A stretch of 63,974 bases of DNA, filler included, from Octopus bimaculoides (taxonomy: Eukaryota): NCBI RefSeq assembly GCF_001194135.2. It is 5 parts of 5 records of this genome, joined end to end, with 100 filler letters (N's around TTAATTAATTAA, not from the genome) between each part and the next. Parts side by side here need not be neighbours in the genome. Positions count along the whole stretch, not along the records: positions 1 to 31,941 come from NC_068986.1; positions 32,042 to 52,075 come from NC_069000.1; 3 more parts are not named here. One strand, given 5' to 3'. Made by a program: the position numbers and the translations under genes. Positions 23,766-37,064 of the stretch are shown here, one piece after another. Each line of letters starts with the position of its first letter. Position 1 is the first letter of the stretch. Under the pieces are notes generated by a model, which did not search any database, was not told the DNA's origin, and was given only the letters and a program-made list of their open reading frames with translations.

Positions 23766-24492
23766 AGTAGGCCACATTTCGTTTCAAAAATGTCTGCAGA
23801 GGCGAGACATGACTTCTCTTTACATGAACCTTAAAAGATTAGAGGAAACTGATATTGATCCTCGCCTACATTCTCATGCTCATAATTCTCTGCTGACCGA
23901 ACCTGTTGTGCCTGCCCATTGTTCAAAACGCATCAACCCTTTGCACAACCACAGTGTTTTCTGCACCAAACTCACCAGTTAATCCATGATTATTGCAGAA
24001 ACTACCACTACCTATGAGAAATGCTAGGACCAAGCTTAAGTACACAGTACTAAATGGCCGTTGACTTTAATGATTTCATCTGTCGTCCTGCATGCAGGGT
24101 GTCCAATCACTCTCTCACTAGGCAAGCTTAGTGGAGTAGTTCAGTTTAGTCGCCGACAAGCCGATCATGCAACAGGTTGTACTGGATCACATGTTACCAG
24201 TAGCGCTCACAAGTGACCTGACATTAAGTTACATACATACATGTATACGTGCACACATATAAACTTATATATATATGTGTGTGTGTATTTTTCAGTCTAT
24301 ATACATGCTCATAAATCTACATATGAATATATGTATGCACGTATGTGGATATTCATAAACACACACGTAAGCATATTACTGATAATTATACTCATAAAAA
24401 TCTAGAAATAGATCAATAGATAAATAGATAAAATAATAACATGTAGACCTGTCGGTTTTATCATTACTGGAGATTTATTATTATCTATACTA

Positions 24493-24527
<35 letters not shown>

Positions 24528-24656
24528 TATGTGTATATGTGTGTGTTGTGTACGCGCGCTTCTATATATGTATCCATGTATGTGCACATCTATCTACCGA
24601 TTTATCTGTCACTCTATCTATCTATATATCTACTTATCTATCTGCCTATCTCTTCT

Positions 24657-24687
<31 letters not shown>

Positions 24688-25107
24688 ATGCGCATACATA
24701 TATATGCATATATACGTATATATGTATACATGTATATATGTACACATATATATATATGTATATGTATATATGGGTACATATATATACGTATACATATATA
24801 CACATATATCTATGCATATATATATATATATANNNNNNNNNNNNNNNNNNNNNNNNNNNNNNNNNNNNNNNNNNNNNNNNNNNNNNNNNNNNNNNNNNNN
24901 NNNNNNNNNNNNNNNNNNNNNNNNNNNNNNNNNNNNNNNNNNNNNNNNNNNNNNNNNNNNNNNNNNNNNNNNNNNNNNNNNNNNNNNNNNNNNNNNNNNN
25001 NNNNNNNNNNNNNNNNNNNNNNATATACATATACACACACACGCAGATATGAATGTGTGTAGTGTGTATGTGTGTATGTGCGTGAAGTGTGTGTGTGCGT
25101 GTGTGCG

Positions 25108-25138
<31 letters not shown>

Positions 25139-25553
25139 CTGTGTGTGTGTGTGTGTCTGTGTATGTGTGTGCATTTTACACATCTGACAGCGTTTATTCA
25201 ATTTCCACTTACAATAGCCACTACCTCGCCATCTAAATCTAGCGACAACGACAACATTTAATTTTAGCGGTAAAATTTTGCAAATACCATCTGGTGCTTT
25301 TCGACTGAAAATAACCTGTTTTGTTGCAATTAGAACTATTCGATGGCAGCTTCTTCTACACACTTCAACCAAAATTTGTGGACTGAAGCCAAAACTGAAT
25401 TATTTTTGCTTTCTTTTTATGTTGATTAGTTTTGTTGTCTTCTTTTCCAAATAATTTTTATTTTGGTTAAATCCAGTCCAATTCATGATGTTATTATAAT
25501 CGTAGTGTGACCATTTTGGTTCAGCGGATATTAGATCGTTTAAACACAGACGT

Positions 25554-25920
25554 TTGCTTACCAACCATATGGTTCCGGGTTCAGTCCTACTGTGTGGCAT
25601 CGTGGGCAAGTGTCTTCTATTATAGCCTCGAGCCGACCAAAGGTTGGTGAGTGGATTTGGTAGACGGAAACTGAAAGAAGCGCTTCGAATATATGTGCGT
25701 GTGTGTGTGTGCTTATATGTTTGTGCGTTTGTGTTTGTCTCCCCAATATTGCTTGACAACCGACGCTGATGTGTTTACGTTCTCGTAACTTAACGGTTCG
25801 GTTAAAAAGAGACTCATAGAATAAGTACTAGGCTTACAAAGAATAAGTCCCGGGGTCGATTTGCTCGACTAAAGGCGGTGCTCCAGCATGGCCGCAGTCA
25901 AATGACTGAAACAAATAAAT
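25554..25920 (+). mobile_element. SINE family B, near full length
   Basis: Reverse-orientation homologue of 13348-13756. Confidence 0.9.
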
Positions 25921-26129
25921 GAATAAAAGAATAATAATACAGTGCAAATCTACTGTAGATGCGCTGTTGATTCACTGGTAAGGAACTATTAGTCTACCTC
26001 GTTTCAGTTCAGTTCCCTTAGTTGACAGAAATGACTACCAGATCAATCTGGCTCGAACATATGTCAGGAATTTTTTTTTCTTGCTTTTAACCCTCCAACA
26101 CAGAGTATAGGCCACTTATAATTGAACTT

Positions 26130-26790
26130 CATGTCGCATAATTTCTCGCTTCTGTACTTATACTCTGCCATGAATGTCCTCCTTTCTCTAGTTCCTTTTG
26201 TGTTGATCTACGCCACGGGTTCTTAGACCTACCCATCTTTCTATATCCATCCGGATTCCACTGTAAAACACTTTCCGCTGCATTTGGTGTGTCCTTTCTA
26301 ATTGTGCTACCAATCCACTTTCACTTTTTCTTAAAATATTTGCCCCCTAATCGAAACTTAATTTGTTCTTTACCATAACTCCATATTGCTTATGTGTTCG
26401 GGCCATCTGATTTTAAGTACACTACGCAAGCATCTGTTGATGAATGATTGTGTTTGCTTATTTGACTTAACTGTTGTTCGCCATGCCTCAGCCCCATACA
26501 ATTACACCGCTTTTACGTTAGTGTTAAAAATTCTTATTTTGTTCTTTATTGAAATTACACTTGCGCTCCATATTTTTTTTAACAGGTGGAAAGCGGTCCT
26601 TGCCTTACTTATTCTCGTCTTAATATCTTCGTCGGTGCCACCTGAGAACATCATCTTACTACCTAAACTCGGTTACATCCTCTAGTTCGCCAGTTTCTAG
26701 TTTAATACGTTCGCTGTTTTCTTCATTAACGCGCATAATTTTTGATTTGTCGCGGTTGACTTTCAGTCTTAGTTTGGCAGGAATACGTAC
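26130..26790 (-). mobile_element. RTE-clade LINE RT C-terminal region, decayed
   Basis: Minus strand LKVNRDKSKIMR..EDIKTRISKARTAFHLLKKIW..KIRIFNTNVKAV..YGAEAW..FINRCLRSVLKIRWPEHISNMELW..QWNPDGYRKMGRSKNPWRR. Confidence 0.9.
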
Positions 26791-26919
26791 CAAATTAATC
26801 AAAGGAGAACAAAGGAAAGGAAACGGTGCATCAATCAGGTTCCTAGTTGTCAGAAAAAGTTACCAAATCAGTTTCATTCATTACTGATACATGTTTTAAA
26901 TGAAATCGGGTGGCTTAGT

Positions 26920-27205
26920 AGTTAGGGTATTTGGCTCATGATCGTAAAATCAAGAGATCAATTCCCGGCGACGCGTTGTGTCCTTGAGCAAGACACTTTA
27001 TTTCACGATGCTCCAGTCCACTCAGCTGGCAAAAATGAGTGGCACCTGTATTTCAAAAGGCCAGCCTTGTTACACTCTGTGTTACGCTGAATCTCCTTGA
27101 GAACTACGTTAACGGTACACATGTATGTGGAGTGCTCGGCCACTTGCACGTTAATTTCAAGAGTAAGCTGTTCCGTTGATCGTATTAGCTGGGACCCTCG
27201 CCGTG
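26920..27205 (+). mobile_element. Mosaic SINE: family-D head and core with a family-A tail
   Basis: tgtgtccttgagcaagacactttatttcacgatgctccagtccactcagctgg is shared with 60853-60980; gtatttcaaaaggccagccttg..gctgttccgttgatcg is shared with 38700-38850. Confidence 0.8.
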
Positions 27206-27251
27206 GGTCCTCATGTTTTAGATAATATATTTTAATATATTTATTAATGTT

Positions 27252-27663
27252 AGGGCAGCTAGCTGGCAGAATCGTTAGGACACCGGACAAAATTCTTAGC
27301 AGCATTTCGGCTCGCTTTACGTTCTGAGTTCAAATACCGCCAAAGTCGACTTTGCCTTTCATCCTCTTGGGGGTCGATAAAATAAGTACCAGTGAAACAC
27401 TGCGGTCGATGTAATCAACTTGTCCTCTCTCCTGAAATTGCTGGCCATGTGCTAAAATTTGAAATCAATACATTAATTGATGTTAAAGCGGTGAGCTGGC
27501 AGAATCGTTAGCAAATCTTGCAAAATGCTTACCGGCATTTCGTCCGTTTTTACATTCTGAGTTCAAATTCCGCCTTTCATCTCTTCAAGATCGATACAAT
27601 ATTTTTCAATTGAGTGCTGTGGTTGAAGTAATCCACTGACCCACTACCTCGAAATTGCTGGCC
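27252..27663 (+). mobile_element. Two tandem SINE family C copies (27252-27470 and 27485-27663)
   Basis: Both begin gctggcagaatcgttag and contain ttctgagttcaaat.ccgcc. Confidence 0.85.
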
Positions 27664-27884
27664 AATCTCATATTCATCAACAGTATTTAAATGATATTGA
27701 TGATGAAGATGATGATGATGATGATTATGATAATAATAATAATAATTATTATTATTATTATTATTATTATTATGATTATTATCATTTCTGTTATAGGCAC
27801 AAAGCCTGAAATTTAGGGGGAGGAGACTTGTCGATTACATCACCCCAGTGTTTCACTGGTACTTAATTTATCGANNNNNNNNNN

Positions 27885-27968
<84 letters not shown>
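27885..27968. repeat. (TAA)n microsatellite
   Basis: Visible array. Confidence 0.95.
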
Positions 27969-27971
<3 letters not shown>

Positions 27972-29167
27972 AGGTAGATGATAAAGCCTATCAGTCAGAA
28001 ATACCTAACTGTCGGAAATAATTGCCTCATCTATCAAGTTCGAACACAGGACATAGTCCATCCATAAGTTCATTAATCTTTCGGACACGAGTCCTGGGTC
28101 TATCTACTTCAAATTTAGAATGCATTCAACTTTTCAAGTATTAGTCCCACATTGATCTGATTCAAACTCAAAGCACAATACAACACTCAAGTCAAATAGG
28201 TGTCAGAAATGGATACCATATCAATTTAGTACAAATGCAATCTATCAATCAGGTCTATCTATCAATCAAGTATTCGTCTAGTTCAGATTAATAAGGTCGA
28301 CCGTTAATCATTTCACCTATCTATCACGTAATGAGACCTAGATTAATCTTGTTTAAATTCGGAGTGCATCAGTCGATTCACATACCTAGCAGGTACTACT
28401 CCCAGATTAATCCAGATCAAAACCAGAAAGCAGTCTATCACTTTAACTCACTGATAAGTTTATTCTCTTTATTATAGAAGTATATCCAATTAATTGCATA
28501 TAAATTTCAACAGGAAAATCATATACGGACCCTAAGGGCCAGGTCGATCCCGGTTGGTAACCACTGATCTTGTATAAAACAAATCCATAAAGGAGTATAC
28601 ATAGCAGAGGGAAATTCTTTGTAGTAGCAATGTAAATAGGTAAGTAAATAGGTAGACTCCAAGATATGGCTGGCAGGAAGCCTAGAGTACTGATATGACA
28701 TAGTTCGGTAGGGATATGAAAGTTCTCACAGATAGAAAAACATAGCTAGAAAATGATAAAGAAAAGGGTGTTTAGCTAGTCCTTTACAGCTGTTTCCAGA
28801 ATAGTTGCGTCATTGGTGCTGTTCTTAGCATTTTGCCAGCATCGAAACTTTATAGCAACAAATTCCATCTTCGAAAAGCTAATCCAGAGAACTGTACCAA
28901 GTGAAGAATAAAAAATAAAAATAATAAAACAAGTAGACAACTACGGTTTGAATGCCTTTGATCAAAGACTTGCTTGATAAAGGGTACCATGGACTAAAAG
29001 CACTAAAATTCGTATTGCTATCTCTTCCAAATTTCGCAATATGAAAAGGTTCTTACGAAAGGAATGTATGGAAACAGCAATGATAGTGCAAAAATCTTGG
29101 AATCATATGGAATCTTGAAGTATGAACATTCTTGAAAAGTACAAGCATTGATTTAGTAGTAGTAGTT

Positions 29168-29212
<45 letters not shown>

Positions 29213-29282
29213 ACAGCAGCAGCAGCAGTAACTGCGGCAGCAGTTGTTTGTTATTATGTATATATGTATATCACTATATGTA

Positions 29283-29350
<68 letters not shown>

Positions 29351-29503
29351 TTTTTTAATCATTCGTAAATAAATACGCAGCTAGAGTTTCGCTCTAAATT
29401 CTTCAATAAACTGCAGCGACAGCAACATCAAAGGGCTGACAGTAACTACCTTAAATGGCCCAACGAAATCGACTGCAACAACAGAAACCAACGAACCATT
29501 TCC

Positions 29504-29547
<44 letters not shown>

Positions 29548-30165
29548 TGTTAAGATGACGTTTGACTTCACCCTCAGGCTTAAGGCTTTGCCTGAAAGAT
29601 TTATGCGATTCTCGGAGAAAATTAGAGAACAGGCGGCCATATTTTTTAATACAATAGCAGAATACTGCATTAGTTACCATAAACTATTCAAGTAAAATGG
29701 TTGGACACGAAAGAAAATAAGAAGACATTATGGAATTCCATTCAGACTATCGGTGATAGGAATCTATGGGAAATAAAAGCTATCTCCGTCAATATATCAC
29801 AAGATTCCAATAGAAAAGTATACAGTCTCCGGTTAATGATCGATAACTGATTATAAAAACAGTTTTTCCAAAGGAATAAACGCGACTAAATAACATACGG
29901 TCAATGGTCTGTTACAATTTAAGTTTTATGTTTATGTTGTTTTTTGGGTTGTTTTTTTTTGTTGTCACGTGATCAGTGTCAATCAATCAATCAATCGATC
30001 GATCGATCAATCAATCAATTCCGGCATATAAATACGAGTTAATACCTACTAAAAAAAAAGCATGTACTACAATGTTTCGTGTGTTTTATAGATGCCATGG
30101 ACGGCCATTGGATATGTGTACTTGATACGACTATTTTCGAAGAATTTCTACCAGAATAGCATTTA

Positions 30166-30243
<78 letters not shown>

Positions 30244-31666
30244 TTCTCCCTCTCTCTTTCTCCTTTTCTCTCTCTCTCTCTATATATATTATATATATAT
30301 ATGTATATATATTGCTCCCTCTTCGTTTCCTCTCTCTTCCTTTCTCTAATTCTTTTCCTCTCCCCTTCGCTGTTCTCTATCTGTCCCTCTCTCTTCCTCC
30401 TTTACTGTCTCGTTGCTCATCGGCCATCTTTCTTTTCGTAACTTGAGTTTCTTTCTTTCTTTCCGATCAGCTACAGAGATCAGACGCATTCTTGTCTGTC
30501 GCCTGTCAAAGCTTGTTCCTCCAGCGTTCGCCACCTCATCTCGTCATGGCTTAGCAGCCTTTACTGTTTTCACTGTCCTGTTTATGTTACCAACTTTGAC
30601 TCTCCGCAAATCCCAAATTTTATTTAATTTGCTTTGCGGGAGCAACTGCTTGAAGAAGGCACACCTTGTCGTAAATGCTCGAAATGTGGAGTAGATAAAA
30701 CAGCCAGCAACTGATGCAGGGCCGTTCTTTATGTTGCCTATCTTGTTTTCTATTTGTTTTTTTCGTTGTTCGCAAAAAAGTTCATATTCCATGTTTTCGC
30801 ATTTCGTATTTCATGTTGTTTACGTTCTATGACGTCCTGTACACGTATATGCATGTGTATATACATATATATGTATGTACATATATGTATGTATACATGC
30901 ATATATATTTATATGTATATATATATATATTATTTATATTACTATATATATATATATATATATATNNNNNNNNNNNNNNNNNNNNNNNNNNNNNNNNNNN
31001 NNNNNNNNNNNNNNNNNNNNNNNNNNNNNNNNNNNNNNNNNNNNNNNNNNNNNNNNNNNNNNNNNNNNNNNNNNNNNNNNNNNNNNNNNNNNNNNNNNNN
31101 NNNNNNNNNNATATAAAGAAAAAAGAAAAAGATATATAAAATTAAAAAATAATAATAATAATAAAAATGGCAGACATCAGCTGACTAACAATGTTGTCGT
31201 TCGTAAGAAAAAATTAACATTCGAAATGCTACTTTTGTGGTTTCTTATTTCTTATTGTTCTTGCCTTTTTTTTCTTTTCTTCCTGTTATCTTCAGATCAA
31301 CAAATTATCGAACACCTCTCGTTCATTAAGGACGTTCTAAACATAGCGATCTGCTTTTGTTTTTATTTTAGACATTCTATACATATGACTACATTATTTT
31401 ATTATACAAGTCATATCTCCTTTTAGATGGAAGGCGGGTGACATTACTACCATTTCTAACTACTCGAGCCATGACGGAGAGGTTTTGTTATGGTTTGTTG
31501 ATGTCGTTGTTGCTGGTGCTGTTGTTTTTGCTTTTGTTGTTGTTGTTGCTGCTGCTGTTTTTGTTGTTGTTTTTCTCTAAGCCGAATATGATTGGGCAAA
31601 TGGTTAGGGTCAAATATATTTCCAGTTTTTAACACCAAAATTTGCCTTTGCAAAGCATTCATATGC

Positions 31667-31725
<59 letters not shown>

Positions 31726-32041
31726 CAGATAGACAGATTATGTGTGTGTAATATACATACATATATATATGTCTTTCTAAAATGAAATTACATTATGCAG
31801 CTGAGGAATACATTTTCATTGTACATTTTATGTAGTGTTCTCACTACATGAATAAATGAAGTTTGTACGAAACGTACGTACTGCTATAACCTATTGAATT
31901 TTTGTTTCTTTTCTTAAAAACAATATATATATATATATATANNNNNNNNNNNNNNNNNNNNNNNNNNNNNNNNNNNNNNNNNNNNTTAATTAATTAANNN
32001 NNNNNNNNNNNNNNNNNNNNNNNNNNNNNNNNNNNNNNNNN

Positions 32042-32096
<55 letters not shown>

Positions 32097-32858
32097 CATA
32101 CATACATGCATACACGATACGTGTGTATGTGCGTGTGTGTGTGTGCATGTATATGTATATAGTATACAAGTAGTTATGTACTATGTGAATAGCTGTTATT
32201 CAATGGTGTTAATAATTACTTGGAGGCAAGTTCTTCAGAGTTGGTACATAACCAACTTCGTCACTGAACTCTTACATTCGAGTGTTTTAGAAGTTCACTT
32301 CACTGCATTGAAGTTTCGAGATAGATCTCACAGCATAGCATTTTGGACATGTATCATACCTTGAAGCATCGAAGCTTCGAGTTGGCCCAAGCCTACTGAA
32401 TGAAACAGGGCGAACAAAAATTGTTGGGAAATCCGTTTGATGGGTTGTACCTCTGAATTTAATATTATGTGACATCTACTCAGCCTGCGCGTTACGTTAA
32501 GTGTACATATGACTGACCATTTCTCAATCACTTAGTGTTAATTTAACGAGTAAGGTCAGTTGGTTAAATGATTGAATGCATATTATCGTTCAAACGGACG
32601 AAGGATACATCACTTTCATAAGATGAATTCAATGTCTTCATAAGGTGAATTCGATCTAATGATGCTGATCGTAAGGTTTTCGACGTTGCCATCATCCACG
32701 TCGCCACCGCCGATGCCATCGTCGTTGGCAAATTAAGATGTATTGATTATGTTGGGAACACCATGAATTTGCCTATGTGGTCACATATTTTCCAATTGCT
32801 ATACGGAAACCTATACCATCATTAGCTACATAAAACATACCGTTATCACTGTTGTCGT

Positions 32859-33236
32859 TGGCAATCCGTCGCTTACGACATCGAGGGTTCCAGTTGATCC
32901 GATCAACGGAACAGCCTGCTCGTGAAATTAACGTGCAAGTGGCTGAGCACTCCACAGACACGTGTACCCTTAACGTAGTTCTCGGGGATATTCAGCATGG
33001 CACAATGTGACAAGGCTGACCCTTTTGAATTACAGGCACAACAGAAACAGGAAGAAAGAGTGAGAGAAAGTTGTGGTAGAAGAGTACAGCAGGGTTCGCC
33101 ACCATCCCCTGCCGGAGCCTTGTGGAGCTTTAGGTGTTTCCGCTCAATAAACACTCACAACGCCCGGTCTGGGAATCGAAATCGCGATCCTATGACCGCG
33201 AGTCCGCTGCCCTAACCACTGGGCCATTGCGCCTCC
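32859..33236 (-). mobile_element. tRNA-derived SINE family A, full length
   Basis: Head ggaggcgcaatggcccagtggttagggcagcggactcgcgg..tcgattccc; homologous along its length to 38498-38874. Confidence 0.92.
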
Positions 33237-33646
33237 ACTGTTGTCATACACATGATGAAATAAACTGTACTGAGGAGCATGACATTAGGCATGGAATAAT
33301 TGATCTGACAAACTTTTAAATGATTCGTATATTTTCCTTAAAATTATTTCAAATAAAGGCTAAATTGTATGATATAAAAAAAGCATGATTGATATATACT
33401 TGGTCGTAACAAGAGTATATACGACGCAGGCACAAAGTCTCTTCTCAATAACAAGGATCTTAATATACATGCACCACAATCCCCAGAAGGAATTGCCTTT
33501 ACCTGAGCAATTGTAGAAAAACTATTTTCAAACTTAGGTAAAAGAAAAATATAAAAAAAACCCCAGTAAAATTAACTATGCAAAATGCTCTAATAATCTT
33601 TCGTCCCTCGTATATGCAATGCGCGTACGCACGTGTATGAATATTT

Positions 33647-33681
<35 letters not shown>

Positions 33682-34819
33682 AATGTACATATACATGTAT
33701 ACACGCACGCCGTCACCACCACTATGACCACCACCAAGACCACCACCACCACCACCACACAACACACCCATATTCATCCGAACTATAATGAATATTAGAA
33801 AATCACTCGGAGGGCGGTGTTTCCGCTAGTATTTATAATAGATCTTGCTAGTCGGATACATTTGGAAGATATAATAAAACATAATTACATTTCTGTATGT
33901 ACAAATATGCATTTGAGTGAGTGTGTGTGTGTGTGTGTGTTCACTTGTGTGTGAATGTGTGTATATGTGTGTTCCTGTGTATGTGTATAATGGTGTATGT
34001 ATATATTTTTGTCAAAGTACACACACACACGGAGTCGTGTCATTGTATATATAACCCTATTTAATACAGTAAGTTGTGATTTTGGATTATTTTACCATTT
34101 ATTTTCAGCAGGTTGAGCGACCATATGTCAACTCCATTTGCCAATGTCAATTGTCTCCCTCCCTCTCCACCACCATTTTACCCTCTATACACCCCTCTCT
34201 CTTTCTCTGTCTGTCTGTCGGTCCGTCTGTCTGTCTCTCTCTCTTTCTCTCTCTCTCTCACACTTTCTTATCTTCAGAGTAAATGTCTGACCTTACAAAC
34301 AAGTTTTTCATTACTTCAGTGAAATGGTCTCCTTTAAAGATTGCGTGAGTTTTGATTCACCTAGGTTAGTAGGAGACATTGTCTTCGGTTTATCTCTCTC
34401 CCTCACGGTTTCTCAGCCCCCTCCCACACCACCGAAACACGAACAACACAAATATATCACCAAATTATCACTTGTTATTAGCGATAGTATGGCTTAAAAA
34501 AGAAACGTATACCGTAAGAACAACATCTATGCTAATAAAGATTTCTTGCTAGAAGTACAAGACTTATGTGAGTGGAAGGGGACTGCATACTTAATTAAAT
34601 CTACTCGATACTTAATAACTAACACCATAATTTACCGACTCGGCAAGCATGAAAGTCGAAATTCACCCGGTGGGTTCGAACTTGGAATGTATAGGAACAG
34701 AACCAAGTATTTTTTAGTTTTTGCGATTAGAGAAAGTGCTTTGGATAATTTAAAGTTCTTGTTGTGTTTAAGAGGCAGTATAACATTTACTGAATAGAAG
34801 TGACTTTAAGCATTAATAA

Positions 34820-35025
34820 TCTTTTCTGCTACAGGCACAAGGCCTGAAATTTTGTGAGGTGGGGCTTGTCGATTACATTGGTCCCAGTGCTCAACTGGTA
34901 CTTATTTTACCGATCCTGAAAGGCGAAGCTGAGTCCGGCGGAATTTGAGCTCAGAACGTAAAAATAGATGAAATACCGCTAAGCATTTTGCCTGGCGTGT
35001 TTACGACCCTGCCAGCTCGCCGCCT
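34820..35025 (-). mobile_element. SINE family C
   Basis: Reverse-complement homologue of 60388-60604. Confidence 0.85.
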
Positions 35026-36454
35026 CACTTTAAGCATTCATCATAGTACCTCTGGGTATCCCGCCGAATTCTACCTTTTATGGATTTTTCTTATTTCTAT
35101 TCTAATGTATTCATTCATAGCGCTTCATAATTTTGGTTCATTATGTTAAAGAATTCGATTAAGGTAAGGTTGTGTAAAGAATTCGATTAAGTTAAAGTCG
35201 TGTAACACTCGAACTTGTTTCATAATTTTAAAGATTTTGATAATCTAAAGGTATTTAAAGTGTAATGTTTGAAAATATGAACGTCATGTCAAACTGAATA
35301 ATAAAATTTCTAACTTTGGCACAAGATCGGAAATCTAAGAATATTACTGGTACTTGCTTCATTACCAATATTCCTATCTCATCCCTCTCTCGGCTTAACA
35401 CTGAACACTTTAATCCGATCCTCCTTCTGCAGAATAGCCGCCACCTTCGTCTCTTTCTCCTGTTCAACTTTTATCTTCGACCATTTGCTAAACTTGAAGT
35501 AATCACACGAAACTCTGTTAAGACTTCAACTGTCTAATGCCACTCACTCCAGTTTAGCAGTGAGTGGTGGTGGTGCTAAAAAAATCAAAAAAAATCAATA
35601 AACTCTACCTCTCTCACCATACTGACTAAAATAAAAATCATTCAACAGCGGCAAAAGCAGTTGCGATAGTAGCAGCAACACTAGTTGCTGTTATTGTTTC
35701 CCCATCAGTAAATTATAAAGGATCTGCTAGTTGTAGCATCTATTCAAGTTGGTTCACCAGTGAATTATTCCTGTTCATGTTGTGCGTCAAAGGTCACGTT
35801 AAGATTAGTGGAACCCCCATCTCTAAGTTATTTATAATTTGATACTAATTTTAGCCGGAAATTGCACTTAGAAGGAATAAACAAAGTGAAACAGATGGAC
35901 CATGTGAAAATTGAAGCTGAATCGAAGGACTGTAGGAGTTTAGAAGATTGCCACTAAAATATATTATAATACACTCCGTAATACTTCTGGTAAGTGTTTC
36001 CGAGGATAAGTGAGTATAAGTCAGAAAAGGAATATGTTTACAAATTTAAAGCGTGAAAATGAGAATTTCTATCAATGTAAAATAGGAAGAAATGTGTCGG
36101 CTGATCTAAAAGAGAGAAAAAAGAAAATGGGCGTGTTTTTCAAATGAACTCAGAATAAATAATTCAGACGCTACTCAAATGAAAAAGGCGTGTCTAGTGA
36201 ATACTGTTCGAACCGGGCTTGTCCCCCGCATTATCAATCAGTTTAATAAGGTCTTGCTCAGGTTTTACTGGAATGATTTGATTCATTTTTGATATTATGA
36301 AATACCATGTACTGCAATTTTTAAGGAGCGCGTCTACTTTCAGCCATGACAAACAAGCATACTTTCTGATAGTAATTAACACAGAAAACGCTCCCACAGA
36401 TGTAAGTATCGTAAAAGGGCGTGTCTGCTAATTATAAATTGCTCCAGAACCAGA

Positions 36455-36620
36455 CATTTTAGGGGAAGAGGCTGGGTTCATCACATCGATCTCAATATTT
36501 GAGTGGTACCTTATTTTATCAGTCCCGAAAGGATGAAAGGCAAAGCAGACCTCCGCGGGATTGGAGCTCAGTACATAAAGAGCCGGAAGAACCGCTGCTA
36601 AGTATTTTGGCTGACGCGTT
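36455..36620 (-). mobile_element. SINE family C, degenerate
   Basis: ggtaccttattttatcagtcccgaaaggatgaaaggcaaag is shared with other copies. Confidence 0.7.
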
Positions 36621-36969
36621 GGGCTCAGTAATTAGAACGGAGTGTATGAACTGCTTGAAGCTATACGTATTTGTCAAATAAAGTCAGATGGGCTGAAGAG
36701 AAATATTCTGTCCTGTTTAGGTAATCAGGAAAAGGGCATGACTGTTTGTTCCATGCGTTAGAAATAGCATCCAAATCTTCCACAAACCAGGCCGTACTCT
36801 TTGTCTCTCTCTCTCTCTCAGTAAGAAAATAGAGAAGGAATGAAAAACGGAAGGGCGTTGCAATATTACTTTTGTACTTTTAGATACATTATGTTTGAAG
36901 AAAAAAGCAGGAAGGTTATGGCTGTGTACTTTTAATTATAAATTTGATGCATCAGGAGTTACTTGAGTT

Positions 36970-36981
36970 AAACAACAACAA

Positions 36982-37063
<82 letters not shown>
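36970..37063. repeat. (CAA)n(CAG)n(CAA)n microsatellite
   Basis: Visible array, no surrounding ORF support. Confidence 0.95.

Positions 37064-37064
<1 letters not shown>

Noticed and set aside
31986-31997. TTAATTAATTAA isolated inside N runs, also at 52120-52131, 59882-59893 and 62887-62898
   Set aside because: An identical 12-mer surrounded by Ns four times, encoding stops in all six frames. This is a scaffolding linker, not biology.
35316-35537. 73-aa ORF in unique-looking DNA
   Set aside because: No recognisable domain; faint resemblance to an old LINE 3' end, too weak to call.
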